Part shown: positions 40,698-52,168 of the stretch, piece after piece
How the letters are laid out: every line of letters starts with the position of its first letter
How positions within the stretch are numbered: the first letter of the stretch is position 1
Origin: Epithemia pelagica
Lineage: Eukaryota; Protista; Bacillariophyta
NCBI GenBank assembly: GCA_946965045.2
Contig: OX337238.1
Span: 372,001 to 436,000 of the forward strand
Direction of reading: 5' to 3'
DNA: 64,000 nucleotides
Notes under the pieces: generated by a model
What the model was told of the DNA's origin: nothing
The model's input: only the letters and a program-made list of their open reading frames with translations
The model's database searches: none
Made by a program: the position numbers and the translations under genes

Positions 40698-41889
40698 CTA
40701 CGGACGGACCAAAGGGAGTGGCAAAGGGGGCCAGTGGATGGAGTGGTGTTCGTGCCCACGCCAAGCGACGTCGTACCAGGTCCAGGACCTGATCACGGCT
40801 GGTCGTGTCGACACCCGACGGATGCATTTCCGCCGCGGAGGGCTCGCTTGTTGCACTGCTTGAACGGCAGCGGTGGAGCTCACATGAGGTCCCGTGACGC
40901 GGTCGAGGGTTCCCAAGACGACCAATGTCAAGCCCGGGGAGACAAGTTCCTGTAACGAGAGGCCCCATTGGTTGGCCAACGTGGCAACGGATGCAGCGGC
41001 CGAGGGAACCAGAAGACCATCCAAGCTCTCCACGACATGACCTGTTCCTGTAATTGCCACATGTGCTCCGTTGCGATCCACTCGAGTTTGGTACACAGCG
41101 GTAAAAAGAGCCGTCACGGAGCCAGGCCCTTGATCCTCCCATGGCAAACCTGTGTTGGCCTGGAGCCAACTGCGGTGCGTTTGGGGGATACTTGTGGCAA
41201 TCCGAGCTTGCATGGACCGGCGTAGGTCGTCGTGCGAAAAGGCCGCTGGTGCACCGAAACGGTGCAACAAACGTAGAATGATACTAGCTTCCTCGACCGA
41301 GGAATGGACCAACAAAATGTCGCTTTGCAACAGGGACGCCAAGGCCATGTCAATGGGTTGGCGGAGGGTGGGGGAGAGCCGGGAGCCTTCCACGAGGGGC
41401 ACATGCTGCAGTATTTGGTGGGCCAACCACTGGAGCAACCGGCCCGTGTCGGTCGTATCGGGATGGGCCCATTCTTGCGTCTCGAGGGTGCACAAAATAC
41501 TCGAGAGAGCAATGAGCCATATATGTGGCATGGACAACTCGTTCATAGAGACCAGGCAGAGCCGTTCATAGACTGCTTGGCGATTGGCGGGGTTCTCCAG
41601 CGACACGATTGGCAAACACACGGACAAGCGCTGTCGGGTCAAGGGGGACGCATCCATTTCTTCGATCCGGTCCGCGATTTCCAGGGCCACAATGGTAGGC
41701 TCAAAGACGGCATTCTCGGGAAGCCACTCGGAGAGGGGCGCCGCCCGTGGAACCACTGTTGTCTACCGCGGCAAAACTGGGGCCGTCCAGCAGAGTGGAA
41801 AAGGGAACCAGATCGGCCATGCCTTCATCCTGGCACGCCGTCTGTACTTGTACGACGTCGTCGATAGTGAGAGTAGTTGTGGAAGACAT
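40698..41889 (-). CDS. Hypothetical protein, probably with one frameshift near 41760
   Basis: 352-aa ORF 40698-41756 starts at GTG; upstream ATG 41889 opens a protein-like segment in a neighbouring frame. No family recognised. Confidence 0.45.
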
Positions 41890-42436
41890 TGATGAATCAA
41901 TTGTGTCGTATGCTAGGTAGAATGTTGCGTTTGTTGGAACGTCTGCCTCTTTTCTTTGAGGGGAGAGAAAAGAAAACTTGCACATGTGTGTGTTTGGTTC
42001 CGTGTGCCGTGGTTTTGGGTTACCTCCGTGAATGACCTCTCATCAATATTGGTAGACGAAATCACGCGCGACCGATAAAAATTGGCATCTTGGGAGTAGG
42101 TTTTCGAACGTGTGCGGGATTGGGGAAACGTGGGGTACTCTTCTATACGCTCTATCTACTCCTATACGCACTCTATGCACTTTACATGCCATCTATTAGG
42201 ATAGCTCTAGCTAGAGTCGTTTATCATTCATGATATCCACGACATGCCACTCTGCTCTCGTTGCTCCCTCCTATTACATTTGCCATTCTGCTTTCGGTTT
42301 CTCCTTTTACCAAACCACAACAAACTATGCCATTCTCTTTTTCGCGTTTCTCCAAGCGAGGCAAAGCTATACAACCGAATACCATGGTTCTACGACACAA
42401 CTACTCATAGCTCGAACGATCTCTACTACTACTATA

Positions 42437-44161
42437 CTAGGAATGATCATCCTGTTGGTATCCAACTTGCGCTTCGACGGACCATTGGACATGATCGACG
42501 AGGTATTGAAGATAGGCCGGGTCCACTTCTTGCAGGGTATGTTCCAAGGCTGGCGGTCGCACATTGAGATTGTGACACTCGGGTGACGATGTATTGTGCG
42601 TCCATCCCGTAATGGAAAAGACGCGTTCCAAGGAGGCCCATACGGTATGTTCGTAATGCAACAAGACTACCGGTGCCACGAGATAGTCCTTCCACCACTC
42701 GCCCAAGGTCCGGTAATAATGACGCAGTTTGGCCGCCCGCAACTCCAAAATACTGCCAAAGGCCTGGCCCGTCGATGGATTGAGTTCATAAACGGGAGAA
42801 TACAAATCGTCGTCGTCCTCCGGATTGTCACCACTCATGGCCGATTGGGCTGGTGGTGGCCAATGACAGGGTTGTACTTGCGAAGGAGTAAAGCCCTGTT
42901 GACAGTCTCCCGTGGCCCAAAACGGGGAACCGTCGGTTTCGTCTCACCGACCATGGTCTTTCAAACGCCGACGACCATGATGATGATGACGATCATGATG
43001 ACGGCGACGTTCTCGGCCACCACCATTGCCAGTGGATGGGGTCATGAGGTTGTTGTCGTCATTTTCAAACACCATATTCATGAGGGCATCATTCAATGCC
43101 TTTTCGTCCGTCGGAGTTGTCGTCGCAGGAGTGGTGGTGGGAGTGGGAGGCGTCGTCGTTCCGGGGAGAATTGTCGTCGTCGTCGTTGGCGGTGACGAGG
43201 AGAATGCCGGCTGGGGTGTTGTTGGTGACGTGGGAACCGGCGGGTCGGGTGGTGAACCTCCGATTGGGGACGCCGTGGGTGGTGGACTGCTGCCTGCCGC
43301 CGGTACGTCCTCCTTGTTGTGGTTGTCCTGGTTGGACCACGTCCAGGGTTGTTCCAAAAAGGCCTTCCAGTCCAAGGGTTCTCTTGTCGTTGTTGTTGTT
43401 GTCGTTGTGGTGGTATGGAGTGGCATGTGCCAGGGTTGCAATCGCATGGCTTCCATCCAGGTAAAGGGATTGCGCACCACGACAATGAATTGCAAGGTTT
43501 CATTTTTCAACGACAGCAATGGTGGTGGATCTTGAAACCACATGGATTCGCGCGACAAGATGGTGTCAAAGTTCAAGTGGGGAAAACAGGCTTGCAATTT
43601 GGCATGATAAAATTCCACGCCCGAATGTCGTTCTCCCAAGAGAATGACCCGATCGGGCAACGGTGCCACGGCCGGATGATGCGAAGAAGAAGAATGATTG
43701 CCGGGTACTTGTTGATGCTGCTGCGATTGTGTGTTGTTGTTGTTGTTCCCACGAGTGTTGGTGTCACCGTTCGTCGCAATCCACAAGAAACCAAACAACA
43801 AGGCGGCCACGACCCCCAAAATACACCGTCGTTCCGTTCGAGGGGTTGCAGGAAATTTGGCACGCAAACTCGACGACGACGATCGTCGTGGTCCTCCCGT
43901 GTTGCGACGAGCATTGCCAAAACTGGTGGTTCGATGGGGTGGTGGTTGCATGGATGTCGGCATTGGAACATTGCTGTAATGATCATTCAACAAGCCCAAA
44001 TCTTCATCGTCCAATTCGTCATCATCGTCGTCGTAATACTCTTCAGTTTCCAAGTACTGTTGTTGTGGGCGTCCTTGTTGATAGGGTTGTTCAATGTAAA
44101 ATGGATTCACCTGAGGCTTGACAGTATTACTGGCACCTCCTCCTCCGTGATTGCGACTCAT
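42437..44161 (-). pseudogene. Sulfotransferase-like (P-loop fold) type II membrane protein with one in-frame TGA at 42944-42946
   Basis: TM anchor; ILLGERHSG; IVVVRNPFTWMEAM...PWHMP; after the TGA the same frame continues CQQGF...QPC...PVYELNP...ILELRAAK. Confidence 0.7.
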
Positions 44162-44648
44162 ACTATAATATTAAATCTCTTGTGTGCACCAAGGCCTTCT
44201 TCTCTCTCTCTCTCTCTCACTCTTCGGTTTCCTTCCAATTGAGCAGCTCCCACTTTTCGTTGAACAGAAGATTGTTTGGCACGAATGGGGAGCAACGGCA
44301 ATGCTCTCAAACTCAAATCGCAATGATGATGATGATGACAACCCAATGGAAGGTCGCGTTTCGGTCGCTTGCCATTCACCACCTAAATCCCTGTTGGGGA
44401 AGGGGGGTAAGACAAAGATGACCATGACGACGACAAAATAAAAAAAAAGATAGGGGTGCACAACATTTTGTCTGTGGAAGTGCTTCTTTTGTTTCTGGTT
44501 CGTGGAGGATCTGGCAAGGATCCCCACCAATCTCTCGGTAAACACGTGAGACTGAGACGGTGGTCTCATCATCACCACAGAGGCCAAGACAACATTATAA
44601 AGCTTACTGGATTTGGTGCAGTTCCTCCGCCAACACACCAGAACAACG

Positions 44649-47600
44649 ATGGAACCTCCTCAACCACAACCACAACCTCAAGATGGAAACGACGAACGTC
44701 CCGTAGATAACAATAACAGCAATGAGAATGACCCGGACGCTCGTCGTCGTCCTCCGTATACGATTTCCGTGACCAAATTGGTCTTGATTGGAGTCTTGAC
44801 CGGCTTCGGCCTGTTTTTGCAAGTCACGGTCTGGACCTTGGAAGCCTTGGTCCAGGAACGACGACAAGCCAAATTGCAACATCATTCGAAACTCTTGGAG
44901 CAAGATCAACAACACAAACTCAACCGCCACAAACACAAAAAGAAGAATTCCAAGGCCCAACCCTACAAGGCCGTGGAAGTCACGACCCGCATCGAAGACT
45001 TGCATCAACAACAAAATCAACACAGTGCTCCCACTGGTCGATCGTCGCACACGCAACGCAATGCGCAGTGGCGACAAGCCGTCGAACTGTGGTTGTCCTC
45101 GTGGGATCCCAATGTGCCCGTGCCATCCACTTCCATGGAACAGTCCTCCTCCTCCTCAACCACACATCCCACCATGCCCGAAAGCAGCAGCAGTGGCAAC
45201 ACGCCATTGGATTCTTCTTCGTCAGCCGCCGCCTCTCCCTTTGCCGTTCGTCCCTTGGTGGAGGATTGGCATCAGAATGCCACCTTGGCTTGGTGGGCCT
45301 TGCAACAGGCGGCGCAGCAGGGACATGCGCAGGCGCAATTTCATGTCGCCAATGCCTTGGCGTCCGGCTTGTATGTGGGGGACGAGGTGCAAGAAACGTG
45401 GTCCGATCCCGATTCGCCCCAACAACAACAAGCTTGGTTGTTGTGGCACATGGCGGCCCTCGGCGGACATGTCGAAGCCGCCACCGCCCTCGCCTTTCGC
45501 ATGGCCGAATTGCAACAACAACCACCACAAACGGATAGTAGTAGTAGTACGACTACCACGACACTGACGACGGCGGCCTGTCACCAACAATTGCCCTATT
45601 TTCAAGAAGCCGCCTTGGGCATTGTCGATGCCTTGGAAACGGATCCCCAATCGCGTGCCAAGGTTTCGCCCGCCACGGACAAGCATGTCTTGTATCAAAT
45701 TCATTTGCATGGGGGTACGCCGTCCAAATTGGAATTCCACAACAAGGCCGATGAATCGGTCGATGCCTTGCAATATTATCATCTGCGAGCCTTTGGGAGT
45801 GGTCGGGACAAGGAAACGGCCGCCAGTTCGGCCTTTACCTTGGCCAATTATTATCACCATGGCGTGCGGGGTGTGACGCAAAATTTGACCTTGGCTGCCC
45901 AATATTATCAACGCGCCGCCTCGCTCAATCATTGGGAATCGGCCGGTGTCTTGGGTCACTTGTATGCCTGGGGCACGGGGGTGCCGCAAGATTTGTACCA
46001 GGCCCACAAATACTTTGCCATTGGCATGCCGCTCAGCTTTGCCGCCTGTCAACGACGCTATCAGTTGAAACTCAAACAAGCCACACACAATTTGCAGGGA
46101 AGCGGCGACGAGGACGAGGACGACGAACACGACAGCAATGAAGTGATTCATTTGTGCGATGCCGAATGTATCAATGGTATGGGACTTTTAAAACTGTTTG
46201 GATTGCCCCATGTCATGAAGGTCGATGTCGCTCAAGCCCTACAATTCTTTGCCTTGGCGCGAGATCAAGGAAGTGCTGATGCAGCCTACAATCATGCCAT
46301 GCTCAAACTCGGATGGACCATTCATTGGAAACCATCATCGTCGTCGTCGTCATCTACGGGCGCCCAGGGTACCACCGCCAACCATCAGGGAGGACCCGAG
46401 AAGGACCAACAACAACAAACCTTGATCAAGGATCAAATGTTTCCCCAGCAACAAAGTCGCCATCATCCCACATTGAATGAATATCAAACAGCCTTGTCGG
46501 ATTTTACGTATGCCGCCGGTAAGGGACACATTCAAGCGCGGTTGCGATTGGGACTCTTGTTTGTCCATGGCATTCAAATACCCTCAGATGCCACAACTCT
46601 CAAGAATCAAAATAAGGATGCCCTCACGGGCCAATCGGGTGGATCCTCCCAAACTACTATTACCACCACCACTGTGGTGGCCATTCCCAAGGATTGTACC
46701 AAGGCCCTCAAACATTTTCGATGGATTGTCGAAAGTGTTTGTCCCTTTCGAACTCGACGATTGCGCAAGGCCTACAAACAGTACATTGCCGGCGACACTC
46801 AAGCCAGTTTACTCAATTATTTGACCGCCGCCGAAACCGGGTCCAGCGTCGGATTGTTAAATGCTGCCTTTTTGTTGGAACAAGGCGAATGCCTTTCAAC
46901 GGCGGCGGCCAGTTCGTCGTCCTCCTTTTCGTCCTCGTCCCCCTTTTCGTCCTCCGCCTCGCCCTTTGCCTCCTCCTCGACCGTGGCACCCTCTGGAAAT
47001 GGGGCATCTGCTTCGTCCTCATCCTCGACCGTCTTGTTGAACAGTGTCGAGTGTGCCAAGGCGTCGGCCCGATTGTGGAAGGCGGCGGCCAATAAGGGAC
47101 ATGGAGAAGCCAGTTTGCGGGTGGGTGATTTTTATTACTACCGACGCTTCCGAGAACCAGGCAGTGGTGCGGCCGCGACCATGGGACCCTTTGGATGGAT
47201 TCAGTATCTGATTTTTCCCGAACATGGCATTCCCATTGTATGGAATCAACTGGTCGACTCGGTTGTCTGGTTGTACGACGAACTGGTCGGTCGCAACCTC
47301 CCAAACGACAAACAAGTGTCGGCGAACCAACAACAGGATGAAGGGGACAAGGACAAGGTTTGTGAGGTCGACGAAAACAACCCGGAACAATGCCGGGCAG
47401 TCGACGACGATGGTGCTACGAGTAGTAGCAGTACAACAACAACAACAAAACCGGTGGTCGATCCGGGCTTGGAGAGTGATTTGGAAATGGCAGCCCATTA
47501 TTACCGCATGGCGACGGATACGGCGGACAATGCCCGGGCCCATTTTAATTTGGGATTCTTGTACGAATGGGGATTGGGACTGAAACAAGACTTTCCCTTG

Positions 47601-47921
47601 GCCAAACGACATTACGATTTGGCCGTATCGGGATCCAACACGAATGAAGCCGAACTGCCCGTGGCCATTGCTCTTTGGACAATGCAACTTCACGAAAAAT
47701 GCCTAAAATGGTATAGTACCTTTGTGTCCTGGTGGTTCCGTCATGGATCGTCGTCTTCCAATGCGGAGAGCACGGCCGTGGGGCGCATGTGGAAGGACAA
47801 GCGAATTCGAACCGTGTTGGTTTCCCATTTGCTAAGTTTTGAATCCCTCGCCATTGCCTTGCTCACCCTTGTGTTGGCCTACCTGTTGCGAATAAGAGAT
47901 CAGGGACAAAGAAGAGTATAA
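44649..47921 (+). CDS. HRD3: SEL1-repeat protein, SEL1L/Hrd3-like ERAD component
   Basis: Multiple SEL1 repeats (AQYYQRAASLNHWESAGVLGHLYAWG; AHFNLGFLYEWGLGLKQDFPLAKRHYDLA); C-terminal TM. Confidence 0.75.
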   Translation: MEPPQPQPQPQDGNDERPVDNNNSNENDPDARRRPPYTISVTKLVLIGVLTGFGLFLQVTVWTLEALVQERRQAKLQHHSKLLEQDQQHKLNRHKHKKKNSKAQPYKAVEVTTRIEDLHQQQNQHSAPTGRSSHTQRNAQWRQAVELWLSSWDPNVPVPSTSMEQSSSSSTTHPTMPESSSSGNTPLDSSSSAAASPFAVRPLVEDWHQNATLAWWALQQAAQQGHAQAQFHVANALASGLYVGDEVQETWSDPDSPQQQQAWLLWHMAALGGHVEAATALAFRMAELQQQPPQTDSSSSTTTTTLTTAACHQQLPYFQEAALGIVDALETDPQSRAKVSPATDKHVLYQIHLHGGTPSKLEFHNKADESVDALQYYHLRAFGSGRDKETAASSAFTLANYYHHGVRGVTQNLTLAAQYYQRAASLNHWESAGVLGHLYAWGTGVPQDLYQAHKYFAIGMPLSFAACQRRYQLKLKQATHNLQGSGDEDEDDEHDSNEVIHLCDAECINGMGLLKLFGLPHVMKVDVAQALQFFALARDQGSADAAYNHAMLKLGWTIHWKPSSSSSSSTGAQGTTANHQGGPEKDQQQQTLIKDQMFPQQQSRHHPTLNEYQTALSDFTYAAGKGHIQARLRLGLLFVHGIQIPSDATTLKNQNKDALTGQSGGSSQTTITTTTVVAIPKDCTKALKHFRWIVESVCPFRTRRLRKAYKQYIAGDTQASLLNYLTAAETGSSVGLLNAAFLLEQGECLSTAAASSSSSFSSSSPFSSSASPFASSSTVAPSGNGASASSSSSTVLLNSVECAKASARLWKAAANKGHGEASLRVGDFYYYRRFREPGSGAAATMGPFGWIQYLIFPEHGIPIVWNQLVDSVVWLYDELVGRNLPNDKQVSANQQQDEGDKDKVCEVDENNPEQCRAVDDDGATSSSSTTTTTKPVVDPGLESDLEMAAHYYRMATDTADNARAHFNLGFLYEWGLGLKQDFPLAKRHYDLAVSGSNTNEAELPVAIALWTMQLHEKCLKWYSTFVSWWFRHGSSSSNAESTAVGRMWKDKRIRTVLVSHLLSFESLAIALLTLVLAYLLRIRDQGQRRV

Positions 47922-48008
47922 AATAACCTCAAGTAGACATGTAACAGAGTAGTAGTGTGCTTAGCGAACAGAAATTAACATATGAAAAAGAGAGTGTGCT
48001 TGTCTATA

Positions 48009-50280
48009 TTAGTCTTGATCATTCATCTTGATGACTGCAAGGAACGCCTCTTGTGGGACCGAGACTTTACCAATGGCCTTCATTCGGGCTTTTCCCTTGG
48101 CTTGTTTTTGCAAGAGTTTTTTCTTGCGGGTAATATCTCCCCCGTAGCACTTGGCCAAGACATCTTTGCGAATGGGCGAGATGGATTCCGAGGCAATGAC
48201 CTTGACTCCAATGCAGGCTTGTATGGGAATTTTAAACATTTGCCGAGGAATCTCATTTTTGAGGGCGGCACACAATTTGCGACCCACCGTCTGTGCCTTG
48301 TCGCGGTGGACAATGAGCGCCAAGGGTGGGGCAATTTCGTAATTGATTTTGACATCCAAGCGCACCAAATCACTGACACGATAATCAATAATACTGTATT
48401 CCATGGAAGCATATCCCTTGGTTCTCGATTTGAGTTGATCAAAGAAATCGGTAATCACTTCGGCCAAGGGCAACTCGTAGACAATGGTGGACCGTGAGGG
48501 TGTCAGGTACTTGATATCGATCAAGTCTCCCCTCCGTTCTTGACCCAATTCAATAATGGCTCCATTGTATTCACTGGGCGTCAAAATTTCCATTCGTACA
48601 TAGGGTTCCAGCGCTTCGTCATCTCGTCCCAAGTCGGGCATTTTGGCCGGTGTATCAATGGTTTGTTCCGCCTTGTTTTTGGCCTGCACCTTGTACACGA
48701 CCGATGGGGCGGTGACAATGAGATCGATTCCATACTCTCGTTGCAATCGTTCTTGAACAATCTCCATGTGCAAGAGACCCAAAAAGCCACATCGAAAGCC
48801 AAATCCCAGGGCACCCGAATTCTCGGGTTCATAGGTCAAGGCGGCATCGTTCAATCGCAATTTCCCAATCGCCTCGCGCAGGGATTCATAATCGTCCGCG
48901 TCCACGGGGAAGAGTCCACAGTACACCATGGGCACCGAATCGGCATAGCCCGGCAAAGGCTCAATGGGAACCTCGGTTCCCGTCGCCTTGGCTTCCTTAA
49001 ACTCTCGCGCCAAGACAATCGTGTCTCCCACACGAGCATCCGTCACTTCCCGAATGTTGCCCCAAATGTAGCCGACTTCGCCGGCGCGCAAGGTTTGGAC
49101 CGGTACTTGATTGGGTTGCATAATGCCCACTTCCGAAACATCATACTCGGCCGCACTGGCCAAGAAGCGGACCTTGTCACCCTTGGACAATTCCCCATCA
49201 ACGATTCGAAAAAAGACGACAATGCCCTTGTAGGGATCGTAATAGGAATCAAAAATCAAGGCGCGGAGGGGCCCTCCCGTGGCCGGTTCGGGCGGTGGAA
49301 CCAATTTGACAATACTTTCCATAATCGCTTCAATGCCCACTCCACTTTTGGCCGACGCATGGACAATGTCGGTACAATCCAAACCAATCGTTTGTTCAAT
49401 TTCTTCTGCCACCCGATCGGGATCGGCGGCGGGCAAATCAATCTTGTTTAGGACGGGAATAATTTCCAAATCATTGCCCAAGGCCATGTACACATTGGCC
49501 AGCGTCTGGGCTTCAATCCCTTGACTCGCATCCACCACCAACAATGCCCCTTCACAGGCCGCCAACGACCGAGAAACCTCGTACGAAAAATCCACATGGC
49601 CCGGCGTATCAATCAAATTCAAACAACTGCGATACGAAACAAAAGAGCGAAAACGACATGACACAAGGACACAAGAACAATGGACATGTGTAAGCGGACA
49701 ACGAGTCTCGCATGGAACCGACACGGACAAAGGTGAACCCCTCCCCCTGGTACAAGTTCGTGTGTATCCTTTTGTACATTGCCGCAACAAGCAACACTCA
49801 CTAAATTTCTCCATCTTGTGCCTTGTAGAGAACTCGAGCGGCTTGCAGTTTGATGGTGATGCCTCGTTCTCGTTCAATATCCATATTGTCCAACAATTGG
49901 TCCGCCATATCCCGCGAGGCCACGGTCTTGGTGGATTCCAACAAGCGATCGGCCAAGGTGGATTTGCCATGATCAATGTGCGCAATAATGGAAAAGTTGC
50001 GAATCTTGGTCGAGTCGTACACAATCCCTGCCGTCGTTGCCACATCCGAAGACGTTGTCGAGGAAGACGAAGCCAAACGAGTATTGGGCGGCCGTCGAAA
50101 CGAAAATGGTATCCGCCTTCGTTCCAACAACTGGGAGGGAATCGGTGAGGAATACAGTCGAGGCGACCGAGGGGTACGCAATGGATTCACCCAACTCTGG
50201 GCGGATACTATCAGCGAGCACCAGAGGAAAAGCCTCATGATGCTCTCTCCGACTCTCATCCTCATCATGCTCGTCGTCAT
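48009..50280 (-). CDS. lepA: Plastid-targeted elongation factor 4 (LepA); exons 50280-49802 and 49626-48009
   Basis: [22 protein letters not shown]; intron 49627-49801 gives [16 protein letters not shown]; [13 protein letters not shown]; signal peptide + AQS-W transit motif. Confidence 0.97.
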
Positions 50281-50674
50281 CTCTTTTCTCCCTTGAGATT
50301 GGAGATGGTCGGCGCAGAATTCGACGAAGAACGAAGTGCGTGTTTCTTTGGTGTGGTCAGTGATCCTGACAACCGCGACTCGAAGGGCTGATGGGCAGAC
50401 GCGTGAGCTTCTGTCTGTACGAGTACTGAAATATCTACTGTACCTTTTGATCGTGCACAGACATTCCGTACTTAACACTCCATTTCCTGAGTTAAGGGTC
50501 CACGCGTGGCGAGATACGTTCTGAAGAATCCCAGGCTTTCATCCACACTTTTCTTGGATCTGGCGAGTGTGCCCCCAGAACCAAATTCGGATTGGACGGA
50601 TTGACTGTCTGTCTGTACTGACTGACTGTGGGCGAAGCACAAGCCTCTCGTCTCCCGTTGTGTGTTGTTGGACC

Positions 50675-51736
50675 ATGATGGCGGAGCCGTGTAGTATCTA
50701 CTCGAGTTTGCTGTCGGCTGGCAACAATGGGGACGAACACCGAAAAGAATACAATACCATGATGAGCGCTGCCATCTTTCAAAGTCCACCAACAACTGCC
50801 ATGACCAAGCCAACAACAACAACAACAACGAATGATGAGCATGTCCGTACTAATATCCCAAAACAAAGTCGAGATACCACAACATCTACCGACCAAGAAC
50901 CTCCCAGTCTTTCCATCAACACGACAACCACAAGCACAACACGGGGGTTGTTTTCTCCCGCGCAAATTGACTATCTCTTTCAACAACATGAAGCCTTAAT
51001 TCTGGCCGCCACGGCAAAACTGTCTCCCTTGGCAACAACAACAACAGCCATTGGAAGCAATAGCTTTGGTGGCTTTTCCGAAGAATCCAGTCTCTGCCGT
51101 ACCCCACCTCCACCCTTTACCAATTGCAACATGACCTTTGCGTCGGCCAAACGATTGGCCCTGGAAGAAACGCGTCCCAAAACACCAACACCACCAACGA
51201 CTCTGGTCGTACACGGACACCATGATCCAGATGCTGCAATACAATCACCCATGATTACCCTGGAAGCCGTGACATGGAAAACAGGAGGAATACCCAGTAC
51301 CGACACATGGAAGACCGAAAATAGCAAGGATACACTCGATGATTCGACCGACCTGTCCGAACAGGAAAAGGATCCTCCTTCATCTCCATCGCCTCATCCG
51401 GCAGCCGTGTGTCTGAGTGCTGGAAGATTTCTCCTGGCCGCAGGAAGCAGCGCAACCACTACCACCACCACACTTACCAGCCGCAGTTGGAAACGATCGG
51501 GCGTGTCCCTCTTGATTTGTGCAACGCTCCTCGTCAATGTGGGATTTCTCTTGTTGCTGCACATGGGTGTCTTGCACGTGGAATTCCATGTCTCGTCATC
51601 CGCATCATCATCCACCACGACTACTCATCGTAGTTCGGTGCTTTCCATCCTCGAGGATCTCATGACATTGACACTCAAGTGTGCCATTTTTGCCAATGTC
51701 GTGGTGGCCAGTCTCATGTGCCTGGGCATTCTCTAA
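50675..51736 (+). CDS. Hypothetical Thr-rich protein with C-terminal hydrophobic segments
   Basis: Intact ORF; this frame is better conserved than the alternative frame against the 38.6-39.4 kb paralog. Confidence 0.55.
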   Translation: MMAEPCSIYSSLLSAGNNGDEHRKEYNTMMSAAIFQSPPTTAMTKPTTTTTTNDEHVRTNIPKQSRDTTTSTDQEPPSLSINTTTTSTTRGLFSPAQIDYLFQQHEALILAATAKLSPLATTTTAIGSNSFGGFSEESSLCRTPPPPFTNCNMTFASAKRLALEETRPKTPTPPTTLVVHGHHDPDAAIQSPMITLEAVTWKTGGIPSTDTWKTENSKDTLDDSTDLSEQEKDPPSSPSPHPAAVCLSAGRFLLAAGSSATTTTTTLTSRSWKRSGVSLLICATLLVNVGFLLLLHMGVLHVEFHVSSSASSSTTTTHRSSVLSILEDLMTLTLKCAIFANVVVASLMCLGIL

Positions 51737-51812
51737 CCGAACCACAACAAGAATATATTATATCAGGCCATCAAAGAAGAACCATGCGCCCACCCACACT
51801 ACCTACCTACCG

Positions 51813-51856
51813 CAAACCAAACCAAACCAAACCAAACCAAACCAAACCAAACCAAA
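51813..51856. repeat. (CAAAC)n microsatellite, ~9 copies
   Basis: Seen directly. Confidence 0.95.
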
Positions 51857-51899
51857 GCACACCGGGTCGTCGTCGTCCACCCGAGACTACCCAAGAACC

Positions 51900-52168
51900 T
51901 ATCAGCGTTCATGCGCCTCTTCCATTCACTCCCACACATGCAACAAAAATATCGACCTCGCACTACACCCAACTTAGCTCCTAGTCATAATTTGAGAAGT
52001 AACAAAACTTGCACTACAGTTTACATTCGTCCCTAGCAGAATCTTACGAACTGCAAACCGGAACTTTTCCGAATGACCATGGGAACCTCCCTCAACGGAA
52101 CGGCCGCCTCATTCGGACATTCTACGAACAACTTGTCGGGTGGAACAGAAAACTCCTTCACAATGAGA
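51900..52168 (+). repeat. 5' LTR of element C (TATCA...TGAGA)
   Basis: Matches 58687-58955. Confidence 0.95.

Noticed and set aside
14816-42946. Alternative genetic code (UGA as sense), suggested by three in-frame UGAs
   Set aside because: TGA is the apparent true stop of the antiporter (28433) and HMG gene (29227). CGA>TGA decay plus one programmed site explains the cases.
43319-44242. 307-aa plus-strand ORF
   Set aside because: Antisense to the sulfotransferase-like gene; low-complexity shadow.
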